The position numbers and the translations under genes are program-made. Below are positions 10,403 through 20,542 of a stretch of 64,000 nt of DNA, piece by piece. How positions within the stretch are numbered: position 1 is the stretch's first letter; the number at the start of each line of letters is the position of its first letter. The notes beneath the pieces were generated by a model that was given only the letters and a program-made list of their open reading frames with translations, searched no databases and was not told where the DNA came from. The DNA is from Verrucomicrobiota bacterium (GTDB lineage: Bacteria; Verrucomicrobiota; Verrucomicrobiia; Limisphaerales; Palsa-1400): assembly GCA_049510745.1 (NCBI GenBank), contig JBEKYR010000013.1:32001-96000 (forward strand). The letters run 5' to 3'.

Positions 10403-12580
10403 ATGAAAACAGAACTGTGCGCCAAACTGAAGAGGCTTGGTGACAAGATTGCCACCGAGTTGGTCTTCGCCGAGGCAGGCAAGGATCTTGGATTACTGCC
10501 CGTTAATAGCCTGCTGGGCCAGATTGAGGAGTTGATAGGCCGGGAGGAGTCAGCCGAGCTGCTGGCGCGCGCCACCAAAGAGGCGCGCCGGTGGGTCAAC
10601 GGCCTCTTCGATTCCACCGGCACGTTCAATATGCTTGTGCTCAAGCGTCTGGCAGAATGGGTGGAATGGTGGCAGACCTCCCTTTCCGCCTGTGAAGCCC
10701 AGGGCGCCCCGCCTCCCCTCCCCGCCGACTGGCAGAATGCCGCGGAGAGGCCGGTTGAGCTTGCATCATCCCCATCTGAGAAGGAGGAGCCGCTGTTGGA
10801 GCTGAACCTGGAGCAGGATGGCGAGTTGCTGAATGAATTCATCAACGAATCTCAAGAGCACCTGCAAAACATCGAACAAGGCGTGCTGGTGCTCGAACAG
10901 CATCCCACCGACGCCGACACCCTGCACTCCATCTTCCGCGCCTTTCACACCTTCAAGGGCGGCTCCGGCTTTCTGAATCTAACCGCGATTCAAACTCTGG
11001 CACATGAACTCGAGTCGTTGCTTGATCTGGCCCGGCACCAGAAGCTGGCCATCACGCCTTCTGTCATCAATCTGATATTGGAGGGTGGAGATACGCTCAG
11101 ACAATTCTGCAACGAGATGGCGGCCCAACTGGCTGGCAAAAAACCGCTCAGTCCAATTGTGGTGCCCACCCTCCGCTTGCTCGAGCGCATCCGTTCGGCA
11201 CTGGCTGGCGGGCCGGCCTCCATCGTCGTCCCAACCTCCTCCGCCGCCGCGTTGGAGCAGCCTCGTCCGGAAGCTGCAGCCATTGTGCCGTCCGAGGACG
11301 TTGAGTTGCCTTCAGCCCAACCGCCAGCGCCCAAGGCGCCCGCCACCGTCACGCCTGCGGCTGGCCCGGGAACCGGCGCCACAGCCAGAGCGAACCCTGC
11401 TGGAACCGTGGTCAAGGTGGACACGATGAAGCTGGATAGCCTGATGGACCTCGTGGGTGAAATGTTGATTGCACAATCGCTCGTGGTGCAGAACAGGGAT
11501 CTCAATTCCCTGCAGAATGAACAACTGACTCGTGACTTGGCGCATCTGGGCCGAATCAGCAAGGATTTGCAGCATACGGTCATGTCCCTGCGGATGGTGC
11601 CCATCCACGCCACCTTTCAGAAGATGAACCGCCTGGTGCGGGACCTATCCATGAAAGTCGGCAAGCAAATCGATCTCGTGACCGAAGGAGAGGATACAGA
11701 ACTGGACCGCACGATTGTGGAGGAGATCAGCGATCCTCTCGCCCACATGATTCGCAACTCGATTGATCATGGCATCGAAAAGCCGGCGTTTCGATTGCAA
11801 CGCGGCAAGCCGGCTCAGGGCACAGTTTCTCTCAGAGCTTTCCATCAAGGCGGAAATATCGTCATTGAGATCAAGGACAACGGCAACGGCCTGGATCGCA
11901 AAAAAATCCTTACCAAAGCCATTGAAAAAGGACTCGTAAAGCCCGATGAGCAGCCTCCTGACAGTGAACTGTTCAACCTGATCCTGAGCCCCGGCTTGTC
12001 CACGGCCGAGACAGTCACCGAACTCTCCGGCCGCGGCGTCGGCATGGATGTCGTCAGGCGTAACATCGAGAAGCTGCGCGGCAAGATAGAAATTCGATCC
12101 AACCCTGGGCAAGGTTCGACTTTCAGCATATTTCTGCCGCTGACGCTGGCCATCATTGATGGCTTGCTCGTTGGGGTTGGCCAGCACCGTTACATTGTGC
12201 CCACATTGCTGGTGCGCGAGTCATTCCGGCCCATGGCAAATATGATCCATACGCTGCACGAACGCGGCGAAATGATCAATTTGCGCGGCCGGCTGCATCC
12301 GCTGCTGCGGCTCTATGCACACTTGGGAGTCGAACCCGCCACGACCGATCCCATGCAGTCTATCGTCGTCGTGGTGGAAGCAGGCAGTGAAATCCGCTGT
12401 TTGCTGGTGGACAAACTGCTGGGCAAACACGAAGTGGTTATCAAGAGTCTTGGCGAAACCTTTCGCCGAAACAGATACCTGGCGGGCGCCGCCATTCTCG
12501 GCGACGGGCGCGTCGGCTTGATTCTTGATCCGCATGCTCTGGTGCAGATGGAATCGGCTTCGTTGGAGGCCGCAGCCTGA
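10403..12580 (+). CDS. cheA: Chemotaxis histidine kinase CheA with an N-terminal extension
   Basis: HPt motif FRAFHTFKG; HMIRNSIDHGIE; SGRGVGMDVV; C-terminal CheW-like domain. Confidence 0.96.
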   Translation: MKTELCAKLKRLGDKIATELVFAEAGKDLGLLPVNSLLGQIEELIGREESAELLARATKEARRWVNGLFDSTGTFNMLVLKRLAEWVEWWQTSLSACEAQGAPPPLPADWQNAAERPVELASSPSEKEEPLLELNLEQDGELLNEFINESQEHLQNIEQGVLVLEQHPTDADTLHSIFRAFHTFKGGSGFLNLTAIQTLAHELESLLDLARHQKLAITPSVINLILEGGDTLRQFCNEMAAQLAGKKPLSPIVVPTLRLLERIRSALAGGPASIVVPTSSAAALEQPRPEAAAIVPSEDVELPSAQPPAPKAPATVTPAAGPGTGATARANPAGTVVKVDTMKLDSLMDLVGEMLIAQSLVVQNRDLNSLQNEQLTRDLAHLGRISKDLQHTVMSLRMVPIHATFQKMNRLVRDLSMKVGKQIDLVTEGEDTELDRTIVEEISDPLAHMIRNSIDHGIEKPAFRLQRGKPAQGTVSLRAFHQGGNIVIEIKDNGNGLDRKKILTKAIEKGLVKPDEQPPDSELFNLILSPGLSTAETVTELSGRGVGMDVVRRNIEKLRGKIEIRSNPGQGSTFSIFLPLTLAIIDGLLVGVGQHRYIVPTLLVRESFRPMANMIHTLHERGEMINLRGRLHPLLRLYAHLGVEPATTDPMQSIVVVVEAGSEIRCLLVDKLLGKHEVVIKSLGETFRRNRYLAGAAILGDGRVGLILDPHALVQMESASLEAAA

Positions 12581-12606
12581 AGCCGCCTGCAACTTTTCAC
12601 CTGGCT

Positions 12607-13446
12607 ATGCCGCCGATTATGAAAGCAGATGCCGCGGAGGCGGAGGCTTGCCAGTACATCGCCAGACTCGTTTATGACCGATGCCGAATCCGGCTGCACG
12701 AGGGCAAGGATGCCCTCATCAAAGCCCGGCTGGGCAAACGCCTGCGCAAACAGGGGTTCGCCGGGCTGGCAGAATACTGTGATTTCCTGCGCGCCACGCG
12801 CGATGAAGAGGAAGTCACCAGAGTCATTGACGCGCTGACCACCAACTTCACCAATTTCCTTCGCGAAGCGGACCATTTCAAGTTTCTGGTCGAACAGGCG
12901 CTGCCTTCGGCGTTGCCCAAGGGCGAAAAAAAATTCCGCATTTGGAGCGCCGCGAGTTCTTCCGGCGAGGAACCCTACACCATCGCCTTCTATCTTTCCG
13001 AGCACTACCCGCCCGCCTTGGGCTGGGATTGGCGGATTGCCGCATCCGATATTTCCACCAAAGTGCTCGAAAAGGCGCGGCTGGGAATCTACCCGGTCGA
13101 ACAGTTGGACGCGGTGCCGAGGGATTGGTTGCGCAAATACTTCCAGAAGGGCGTCGGGCGCTGGGAGGGCTGTTGCCGCGTCAAATCCAGCATTACCGAA
13201 CGGGTCTCTTTCCGGCAGATCAACCTCATCAAGCCTTACAGTCATCCGCAGCCATTCGAGATCATTTTCTGCCGTAATGTCATGATTTATTTCGACCGCC
13301 CCACGCAGGAGCAACTGGTGAACCGGCTCTGCCATTTCCTGGCGCCCCAAGGCTACCTCCTCACCGGCCACTCGGAGAGCCTCAATGGTCTGAATCTTCC
13401 GCTGCGCTGCCTGCGGCCCAGCATTTACCAAAGGAGCCCGGCCTAG
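12607..13446 (+). CDS. cheR: Chemotaxis methyltransferase CheR
   Basis: TTNFTNFLRE, IWSAASSSGEEPYTIA, IFCRNVMIYFD. Confidence 0.96.
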   Translation: MPPIMKADAAEAEACQYIARLVYDRCRIRLHEGKDALIKARLGKRLRKQGFAGLAEYCDFLRATRDEEEVTRVIDALTTNFTNFLREADHFKFLVEQALPSALPKGEKKFRIWSAASSSGEEPYTIAFYLSEHYPPALGWDWRIAASDISTKVLEKARLGIYPVEQLDAVPRDWLRKYFQKGVGRWEGCCRVKSSITERVSFRQINLIKPYSHPQPFEIIFCRNVMIYFDRPTQEQLVNRLCHFLAPQGYLLTGHSESLNGLNLPLRCLRPSIYQRSPA

Positions 13447-13448
13447 CC

Positions 13449-13994
13449 ATGCTTTCCCCTTCCCTTGCGACAATGATGGGTTTTGAAAGGAACCTCGTCG
13501 TCGGCGTCGGCGGCTTGGCGGTTTCCAACAACCAAGCCATGATCCTGACGACCTATTCGCTGGGTTCCTGCCTGGGCGTCACGATTTACGATCCGGTCAG
13601 GCGCGCCGGCGGGTTGCTGCACGCCATGCTGCCGGATTCGTCGATCAATACCAGCAAAGCCAGCGAGCAACCCGCCATGTTTGTCGATACTGGGATGGGC
13701 GCCTTGTTTCGCGCCGCCTATGCGCTCAAGGCGGAAAAACGCCGGCTGCAAATCTGCGTGGCCGGCGGCGCCCAGTTCCTGGACCAAACCGGGGTCTTCA
13801 ACATCGGCCAGCGCAACTACGCCTGTCTGATCCAACTGCTCGACCAGCATGGTCTGTCGATTGATGCCAAGGATGTCGGAGGACTGGTCAGCCGAACCCT
13901 CCATCTCTATTTGAGCACGGGCGAGGTGCGCCTGAAGATCTCCGGCCAGAGCACAGAAACCATTCTGTTCAGAGGTTATGCAAACATTGGATAA
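13449..13994 (+). CDS. cheD: Chemoreceptor glutamine deamidase CheD
   Basis: TYSLGSCLGV, GLLHAMLP, DVGG..SRT. Confidence 0.93.
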   Translation: MLSPSLATMMGFERNLVVGVGGLAVSNNQAMILTTYSLGSCLGVTIYDPVRRAGGLLHAMLPDSSINTSKASEQPAMFVDTGMGALFRAAYALKAEKRRLQICVAGGAQFLDQTGVFNIGQRNYACLIQLLDQHGLSIDAKDVGGLVSRTLHLYLSTGEVRLKISGQSTETILFRGYANIG

Positions 13995-14826
13995 TTTCAT
14001 CAAAGAGATAAAAACGCTGCCCCCCGCCCCGCGGGTTCTCTCTCGGTTGCTCGTGCTTTTGAACCAGCCTGACGCCCACGCCAGCCAGATCGTCGAACTC
14101 ATCGCCTTCGATCCGGCGCTGACGGCCAAGGTTCTGCAGCGCTGCAACAACGCCGCTTCCGGCCTGGACCACTCCGTCTCCGACCTGGACGAAGCCGTCA
14201 CCCATGTGGGCTTCAACGTGATTTATCGGCTGGTGGCGATGGTCATCGGTGAAGGTCTCCTGGGCTCGGAGCAACCGGGCTACGGCATTGGCACGGGCGA
14301 ATTGTGGGAGCATTCGGTCACCACGGCCGTGGCCGCCAGGGTCATTGCCCGGAAACTGGGCGGCGAGGAGAATCTCGCTTTTACGGCCGCGCTGCTGCAT
14401 GACATCGGCAAACTGGTGCTCGGCGCATTTCTGGAGGGTTCCCGGCAGGCCGTGCTCAGGGAAACAGGCTCTTCGGCCCATTCATTTCTCGAAGCCGAAA
14501 AAGCGATTCTGGGCGTCGAACACGCGGAGATCGGCGGACGGGTGCTGGCGCAATGGAATTTCCCGGAGAATCTGGTCAGCGCCGTCTGGCATCATCACGA
14601 CCCGGCCCAAGCCCGGCCGCACGAGCAATTGGCCGCTTATGTTCATTTGGGCGACATCATCGCCCACTGTCTCGGACAGGCCCAAGGGTTCGATTCTTTC
14701 GCCGTGCGGCCCAGGGCGGAGGCGCTGGAAATCCTGGAGATCAGCCCGAAGGAGATTGACACGTTGGTCCTCGAATCAGACGCGGCCCTGAAACAATGCA
14801 ACGTGTTGACCCGGATAACGTTATGA
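13978..14826 (+). CDS. HDOD domain protein
   Basis: LPPAP, DPALTAKVL..CN, LWEHS, LLHDIGK, HAEIG..W.FP..HH. Confidence 0.93.
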   Translation: MQTLDNFIKEIKTLPPAPRVLSRLLVLLNQPDAHASQIVELIAFDPALTAKVLQRCNNAASGLDHSVSDLDEAVTHVGFNVIYRLVAMVIGEGLLGSEQPGYGIGTGELWEHSVTTAVAARVIARKLGGEENLAFTAALLHDIGKLVLGAFLEGSRQAVLRETGSSAHSFLEAEKAILGVEHAEIGGRVLAQWNFPENLVSAVWHHHDPAQARPHEQLAAYVHLGDIIAHCLGQAQGFDSFAVRPRAEALEILEISPKEIDTLVLESDAALKQCNVLTRITL

Positions 14827-15911
14827 ACGCCAGACCCATTCGCCTCTTGGTGGTCGATGACTCCGCGCTGGCGCGCAAAATCATCACCAGCAGTCTGGCT
14901 CCGTTTGCCGACATCGCAATTGCCGGCACAGCGGTGGACCCGTACATGGCACGGGACAAGATTCTGGAGCTCTCTCCCGACGTGGTTACGCTGGACGTTG
15001 AGATGCCGCGCATGGACGGCATTACGTTCCTCAAACTCATCATGAAACACCGTCCCATGCCGGTGATCATCATGAGTTCCCTCACCCAGGCGGGTTCCGT
15101 CAAGGCGATGGAAGCACTGCAAGCCGGCGCGGTGGATGTCATGGAAAAACCGGGCGGCGCCTATTCCGCCCACCTCGACGGCGCCCGTCTGGCCGAGAAG
15201 ATCAGGGCCGCCGCCAGCGCCAAGGTGCGGGCGCGCTCGGAAGAAACCACACTGTTCACCCGCCCCCGCCCAACACGGGAGATCAGGCCAGGCGCGGCCT
15301 GCCCCCGATCCTTTCCCGCACGCAAGATCATTCTGCTCGGAGCATCGACCGGCGGCACCGAGGCGCTGAAAACGGTGCTGACCTCCTTGCGGGGAAACCT
15401 GCCGGGCATCTGCATTGTGCAACACATTCCGGCATATTTCTCGAAGGCCTTCGCCGACCGGCTCAATCAAATCTGCCCGATGGAAGTTCGGGAAGCCAGC
15501 TACGGGGACATCGTCCGACCCGGTTTGGCTCTCATCGCCCCGGGCGGGCGGCATCTGCTGCTCAAATGGCGGGAGGGGCATTACGTCGTGGAATTAAACG
15601 ACGGTCCCCCTGTTAACCATCAGCGGCCATCTGTCGATATTATGTTTGAATCCGCCGTGAAGGCGGGGGCCGGGCCGCATACCGTGGCCGCACTGCTGAC
15701 GGGCATGGGCGCCGACGGCGCCGCCGGCCTATTGCAGTTGCGCGAGGCGGGGGCCGTCACCGCGGCTCAAGACGAAGAGACGTGCGTCGTCTTCGGAATG
15801 CCGCGGGAAGCCGTTCGGCTCGGCGCGGCGCAGCAGGTCCTGGCGCTGTCGCGCATCGGGCCGTTTTTGGAGCGGCAGAACTTGGAACAATTGCAGGAAA
15901 TTTATGAATGA
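14823..15911 (+). CDS. cheB: Chemotaxis response regulator methylesterase CheB
   Basis: REC domain (VVDDS, LDVEMP) plus GASTGG, VQHIP, PSVD, LTGMGADGA. Confidence 0.96.
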   Translation: MNARPIRLLVVDDSALARKIITSSLAPFADIAIAGTAVDPYMARDKILELSPDVVTLDVEMPRMDGITFLKLIMKHRPMPVIIMSSLTQAGSVKAMEALQAGAVDVMEKPGGAYSAHLDGARLAEKIRAAASAKVRARSEETTLFTRPRPTREIRPGAACPRSFPARKIILLGASTGGTEALKTVLTSLRGNLPGICIVQHIPAYFSKAFADRLNQICPMEVREASYGDIVRPGLALIAPGGRHLLLKWREGHYVVELNDGPPVNHQRPSVDIMFESAVKAGAGPHTVAALLTGMGADGAAGLLQLREAGAVTAAQDEETCVVFGMPREAVRLGAAQQVLALSRIGPFLERQNLEQLQEIYE

Positions 15912-16395
15912 CCAGATGGAACAAATTGACCGGTTGATACGGGAGGCGGTGAAAGAGGTCTTCCAGAGCATGTTGTCTATGGAGGTCAACCCCGAACCGC
16001 CCAGCCCGCTGGCCCCGGACCCCGACGGCCAGATTATTGGATCGGTCGGCTTCATTGGCGACGCCACCGGCATCATTTACCTTTATGCCGGCATCGGTTT
16101 TGCCCGGGTCATCACCAGCCGCCTGCTGGGCATTTCCGAGCGGGAAGTGGACACGGTGGAAATGGTCAACGACGCCATCGGCGAGTTGAGCAATATGGTG
16201 GTGGGCTACGTGAAGTCGCGGCTGTGCGACCGCGGATTGCCCTGCACGCTCACCATCCCCTCAGTGGTGCGCGGGCAGCAACTGAGTGTCGAAGGTTCGG
16301 CACAGGTCAAAGCCAGAGCGATCGGATTCCGCAACTGCAAGTACCATTTGTTGGCGGAAGTGCTGTTAAAAGACTCTTCAGCCAAAGAATCATGA
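15904..16395 (+). CDS. cheX: CheX-family phosphatase
   Basis: DAIGELSNMVVG motif and LTIPSVVRG. Confidence 0.9.
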   Translation: MNDQMEQIDRLIREAVKEVFQSMLSMEVNPEPPSPLAPDPDGQIIGSVGFIGDATGIIYLYAGIGFARVITSRLLGISEREVDTVEMVNDAIGELSNMVVGYVKSRLCDRGLPCTLTIPSVVRGQQLSVEGSAQVKARAIGFRNCKYHLLAEVLLKDSSAKES

Positions 16396-17516
16396 GAACC
16401 AAAATCTTAACCGTGGATGATAGCAAAACCATTCGCCTGATTGTGGCGAAGGCTTTCAAACCATTCGACTGCATGGTGCTGGAGGCGGACAATGGAGTCG
16501 TCGGCCTGGCCGTGGCCAGCCGCGAGAAACCCGACGTCATCCTCCTGGACTATACCATGCCCGTCATGGACGGCTTTGAGGTCTTGGCGCGGCTCCGTTC
16601 CGACCCGGACCTCAAAACCACGCCGGTGATCATGCTGACCTCCGAAGCGGGACGCGACACCGTCATCAAAATCGCCAAGCTCGGCGTGCGCGACTACCTG
16701 ATCAAGCCCTTCAAAGGTGAACTGCTCGTCGAGCGGGTCGGCCGTGTGGTGGACCTCAAGACCAAGACCGCCGCCGTGGAAAGAAACAAGCGGTTCGACG
16801 ATCCGATCAGCATCCTGGTGGTGGATGACAAGCCGGCCATCCCGGAGCAGATTCGCGCCGCCCTGGCCGACACGCCGTGGAAGGTGACGGGCGCCGACCA
16901 ACCCGGTCAGGCCATCGATAATTGCATGGAAAACGGGGTTGATCTGGTCTTGGCCAGCCTGTCTCTGCCCAATGACGGCGCTTTTGTGCTCTTTCAAAAT
17001 TTGCGCGGCTGCGCCAACACGGCGTCCATCCCGATCCTGGCGATGTGCGTGCGCACCGCCGCCGCCGAGCAGGCGCGCGCCCAACAATCCGGCTTTGCCG
17101 GGGTCATCACCAAGCCGATCGACCGCATCGAACTGAAGGCCAAAGTCTGCCGCACCCTCGGTCTGGAAACCTCCTACAAATACTTCCAGCAACGCAACGG
17201 CGCCCTGGCGCTGCTGCTGCCCAAGGATTTCCATCCGGGCATGGCCCACGAAGTCTCCACGCATTTGGACGGCCAGTTGGCCGGCACCGTGGATGCGGGC
17301 GGGGACAAGCTGATCATTGATCTCAATGCGGTGGAAACCGCCAGTCTGCCTGTCGTTGAACTGGTGCTCTCCGCCATTCAGGCGGCCAGCAAGTTGTCGC
17401 TCCGTTACGCGGTCGTCGGCTCGGCCGCGATCAAGAATCAGTGCCACAGTTATGAGGAAACTCAGTCCTGGTTGTTTGCCGACAACTTTGAACAGGCCCT
17501 GGCCCTTTTGAAATGA
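16392..17516 (+). CDS. Response regulator: REC + degenerate REC + STAS-like C-terminal domain
   Basis: REC1 has VDD, LLDYTMP, T and KP; REC2 has LASLSLP (no phospho-Asp); tail has KLIIDLNAVETAS. Confidence 0.85.
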   Translation: MRTKILTVDDSKTIRLIVAKAFKPFDCMVLEADNGVVGLAVASREKPDVILLDYTMPVMDGFEVLARLRSDPDLKTTPVIMLTSEAGRDTVIKIAKLGVRDYLIKPFKGELLVERVGRVVDLKTKTAAVERNKRFDDPISILVVDDKPAIPEQIRAALADTPWKVTGADQPGQAIDNCMENGVDLVLASLSLPNDGAFVLFQNLRGCANTASIPILAMCVRTAAAEQARAQQSGFAGVITKPIDRIELKAKVCRTLGLETSYKYFQQRNGALALLLPKDFHPGMAHEVSTHLDGQLAGTVDAGGDKLIIDLNAVETASLPVVELVLSAIQAASKLSLRYAVVGSAAIKNQCHSYEETQSWLFADNFEQALALLK

Positions 17517-18562
17517 ATACCGAATCCACACTTAAAGCCGAACTGGAAGTTTCGGCCGAGTTCGCCAAGCTGACGAAAATCCAAAAGCTGGCGGCCTTTC
17601 TCCTGATGTTGTCACCGGAAAATGCCGCCCACATCATGAAGTCCCTCGAAGAACATGAATTGGAGGACGTCTCCTCGGAAATGGTCAAACTCGGATCAGT
17701 CAACCAGGACTTGCAGCGCGAGATTCTGCGCGAGTTTTCCGGCGTCGCCGTCGAAGCCGCCACCGCCATCGTCGGCGGCGCGGACCGCGCCAAAGGTCTG
17801 CTCGAAAAATCGGTCGGCTTGTTCCGCGCCTCCGACATCATCGGCCGCGTCTCCCCCCACCGCGCCCCGGTGGAAGCGATGCAGCAAATTGTGGAGATGG
17901 ACGCCCGCCACATCTTCAGCCTGCTGCGCCACGAGCAAGTGCAAACCATCGTCCTGGTAACCAGTTACCTGAGCCAGGATAAGGCCTCTCAGCTTTTGGC
18001 CATGTTTCGTCCCGAAATTCGCGAGCAGGTCATCGAACGCCTGGCCACCATGGCCCCCACCTCCGTGCAAGTGGTGGAAAACGTCGCCGAGGCGCTGCAA
18101 AGCAAGTTCGGCAATAACCGCGCCCGCTCCCTCAGCCAGACGGGCGGAGTGCGGGTGGCCGCCCAGGTGCTCAACAGCTTGCCCCAAAACATCAGCAAAT
18201 CCATTCTCGTCTCCCTTTCCGAACGCAACGCTGAATTGGGCGAAGCCATCCGCAAAAAAATGTTCACCTTCGAGGAATTGGAACGGCTCGACACCCGCAC
18301 CCTTCAGATCATTCTCCAGTCCATTGACACACGCACGCTGGCCGTCGCCCTCAAGACCGCCAGCGAGCAAGTCAAGAAGCCTTTGCTCGCCTGCCTCTCC
18401 AAACGCGCGGCCGCCAATCTCCTTGAAGAGATTAGTTTCATGGGACCACTCCGGCTCACCGAGATTGACGCCGCCAGATCGCAAATCCTCGAAACCGTCC
18501 GGCGGCTCGACGCGGAGGGCGATATCAGCCTGGAGGAACTGCGCCAGAAGCCGCGCTATTAG
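17513..18562 (+). CDS. fliG: Flagellar motor switch protein FliG
   Basis: QKLAAFLL, EQVQTIVLV.SYL, GGVRVAAQVLN, KKMFTFEEL, SKRAA. Confidence 0.92.
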   Translation: MNTESTLKAELEVSAEFAKLTKIQKLAAFLLMLSPENAAHIMKSLEEHELEDVSSEMVKLGSVNQDLQREILREFSGVAVEAATAIVGGADRAKGLLEKSVGLFRASDIIGRVSPHRAPVEAMQQIVEMDARHIFSLLRHEQVQTIVLVTSYLSQDKASQLLAMFRPEIREQVIERLATMAPTSVQVVENVAEALQSKFGNNRARSLSQTGGVRVAAQVLNSLPQNISKSILVSLSERNAELGEAIRKKMFTFEELERLDTRTLQIILQSIDTRTLAVALKTASEQVKKPLLACLSKRAAANLLEEISFMGPLRLTEIDAARSQILETVRRLDAEGDISLEELRQKPRY

Positions 18563-18633
18563 CCAACCCACTGCCGCCCGCCCTTATGAACCCATCCCTC
18601 CCTTCCTAAAAGACTCTGCCGCCAAGGAGTATT

Positions 18634-19434
18634 ATGAGCACCAAAATCCTCACCATTGACGATGATAAAACCATTCGCCTGATTGTGGCGACGGCTTTCA
18701 AATCATACGATTGCATGGTGCTGGAGGCGGACAATGCTGTCGTGGGGCTGGAGACCGCCAGCCGTGAAAAACCGGACGTCATCCTCCTGGACTATACCAT
18801 GCCCGTCATGGACGGGCTTGAGGTCCTGGCGCGGCTCCGTTCCGACCCGGACCTCAAAGCCACACCGGTGATCATGCTGACCGCGAAAGCAGGACGCGAC
18901 ATCGTCCTCAAAGTCGCCCAGCTTGGCGTGCGCGACTACCTGATCAAGCCGTTCAGACGCGAATTGCTCGTCGAGCGGGTCGGTCGTGTGGTGTCCCTGA
19001 AGGCCAAGGCCGCCGCCGCCGAAAAAAACAAGCGGGCCGATGACCCGATCAACATCCTGGTGGTCGATGACAAACCCGCCATCCCGGACGAGATTCGCGC
19101 CGGCCTGGCCGATACGCCGTGGAAGGTGACGACTGCCGACCAGCCCGGACAGGCGCTCGACGACTGCAGGAAGAACGGGGTTGATGTGGTCTTGGCCAAC
19201 TTGTCGCTGCCCAACGACCAGGCTTTTACGCTCTTTCGAAATCTGCGCGGCTGCGCCAACACGGCGTCCATCCCGGTGCTGGGGATGAGCGCGCGCACCG
19301 CCGCCGCCGAGCAGGCGCGCGCCCAACAAACCGGCTTTGCCTTCGTGATCACCAAGCCGATCGACCCCGCCGAACTGAAGGCCAAAGTCTGCCACACCCT
19401 TGGCCTGGAAATATCGCCCAATAATACTAAATGA
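18634..19434 (+). CDS. Duplicated REC-REC response regulator lacking the STAS-like tail (truncated paralog of 16392-17516)
   Basis: Near-identical to the first copy up to CHTLGLE, then ends in ISPNNTK. Confidence 0.85.
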   Translation: MSTKILTIDDDKTIRLIVATAFKSYDCMVLEADNAVVGLETASREKPDVILLDYTMPVMDGLEVLARLRSDPDLKATPVIMLTAKAGRDIVLKVAQLGVRDYLIKPFRRELLVERVGRVVSLKAKAAAAEKNKRADDPINILVVDDKPAIPDEIRAGLADTPWKVTTADQPGQALDDCRKNGVDVVLANLSLPNDQAFTLFRNLRGCANTASIPVLGMSARTAAAEQARAQQTGFAFVITKPIDPAELKAKVCHTLGLEISPNNTK

Positions 19435-19435
19435 A

Positions 19436-19507
19436 CCTGGAGGAACCAGCCCGCAAGCCGCTTTATCAGTCAACCCGCCACCGCCTGCTCTTATGAACCC
19501 ATCCCTC
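19436..19507 (+). repeat. 72-bp diverged direct repeat of 18529-18600 (fliG 3' end, spacer and fliM start)
   Basis: cctggaggaac..aagccgc..caaccc..cttatgaacccatccctc is present at both places without gaps. Confidence 0.85.
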
Positions 19508-20542
19508 AATTCAACCGCGCTGGACCCCCCCGCTTCCGCCCCCGCGTCGAGCGAGGTCGTTTCGCAATCGGAAATCGAGCAACTTCTCGCACAAGTGGAG
19601 AGGGCGGACCCCTCGGCCACAGGCGCTGGCGCTGCCGTCCCCCTCAACCCGGCCGGGCCGGAGTTTGTGCGGCGGCACGCCTTCCCTGCTCTCTGCCTCT
19701 TTTCCTCGGCGGAATTGCGCTGGCTGCGGGTGCGGCACGAGGATTTCATTGTTTCGCTGGCCGCCCGGCTCTCGATCCATCTCGGGTTGGAAGTGGCTTT
19801 GCAGATGTCAAAGCTGGAGGCCGTCCCGTTCCAGAGATTTGCCGACGCCCTGTCCAACCCCACCTATCTGACGATGTTCAAACTGCCGCCGCTGGCGGGG
19901 ACTTGCCTGCTGGACATCCCCCCGCGGCTGGGCTTGTGCATGGTTGACAGAGAACTGGGCGGTCCCGCCCGGGCTCCGGACGAGACCCACCAGGTTGGCA
20001 AGATGGAATCGCGCCTGCTCTCCCGTATCGTGGAGATTATCGTCAACGAATGGTGCAGCACTTGGAGCGACCTCCTGGAGGTCCGGCCGACGGTGCTGGG
20101 CACCGAGAGCAACAGCCGCTTCGTCCACACCTCTTCCCCGGAAACCAGCATGCTCGTTGTCGGGGTGGAAGCGCGCCTTGCGGATACGGTCGAACAAATG
20201 CAATTCGCCTTTCCCCACCCCATGCTCGAACCTCTGACGCTAAAGCTCAACGCCGGGGTCAGCGGCGGCGACAAGCCGGACGCCGCCGTCAAGAGCGCGC
20301 CCGCCAAATGGAATTCTTTATTTGACGAACTCGAAATCCAGGTGAAAGCGGAACTGCCGGAGATTCCGATCCCCGCCGAGCAATTGGCCGGCCTGAAGCC
20401 CGGCGACGTTCTGACCCTCCCGCCCGCATTGATGAACCAGGTGCAATTGCGCCTGGCCAACCACCCGGGCTTCGTCGGAAGCCTGGGCGCCAGCAACCAG
20501 CGCCGCGCCATCAGGATCGAAAAATCGCTCAAGAGCAAATGA
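19493..20542 (+). CDS. fliM: Flagellar motor switch protein FliM
   Basis: CheY-binding motif VSQSEIEQLL, CheC-like middle domain (ELGG), C-terminal SpoA-like LKPGDVL. Confidence 0.88.
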   Translation: MNPSLNSTALDPPASAPASSEVVSQSEIEQLLAQVERADPSATGAGAAVPLNPAGPEFVRRHAFPALCLFSSAELRWLRVRHEDFIVSLAARLSIHLGLEVALQMSKLEAVPFQRFADALSNPTYLTMFKLPPLAGTCLLDIPPRLGLCMVDRELGGPARAPDETHQVGKMESRLLSRIVEIIVNEWCSTWSDLLEVRPTVLGTESNSRFVHTSSPETSMLVVGVEARLADTVEQMQFAFPHPMLEPLTLKLNAGVSGGDKPDAAVKSAPAKWNSLFDELEIQVKAELPEIPIPAEQLAGLKPGDVLTLPPALMNQVQLRLANHPGFVGSLGASNQRRAIRIEKSLKSK

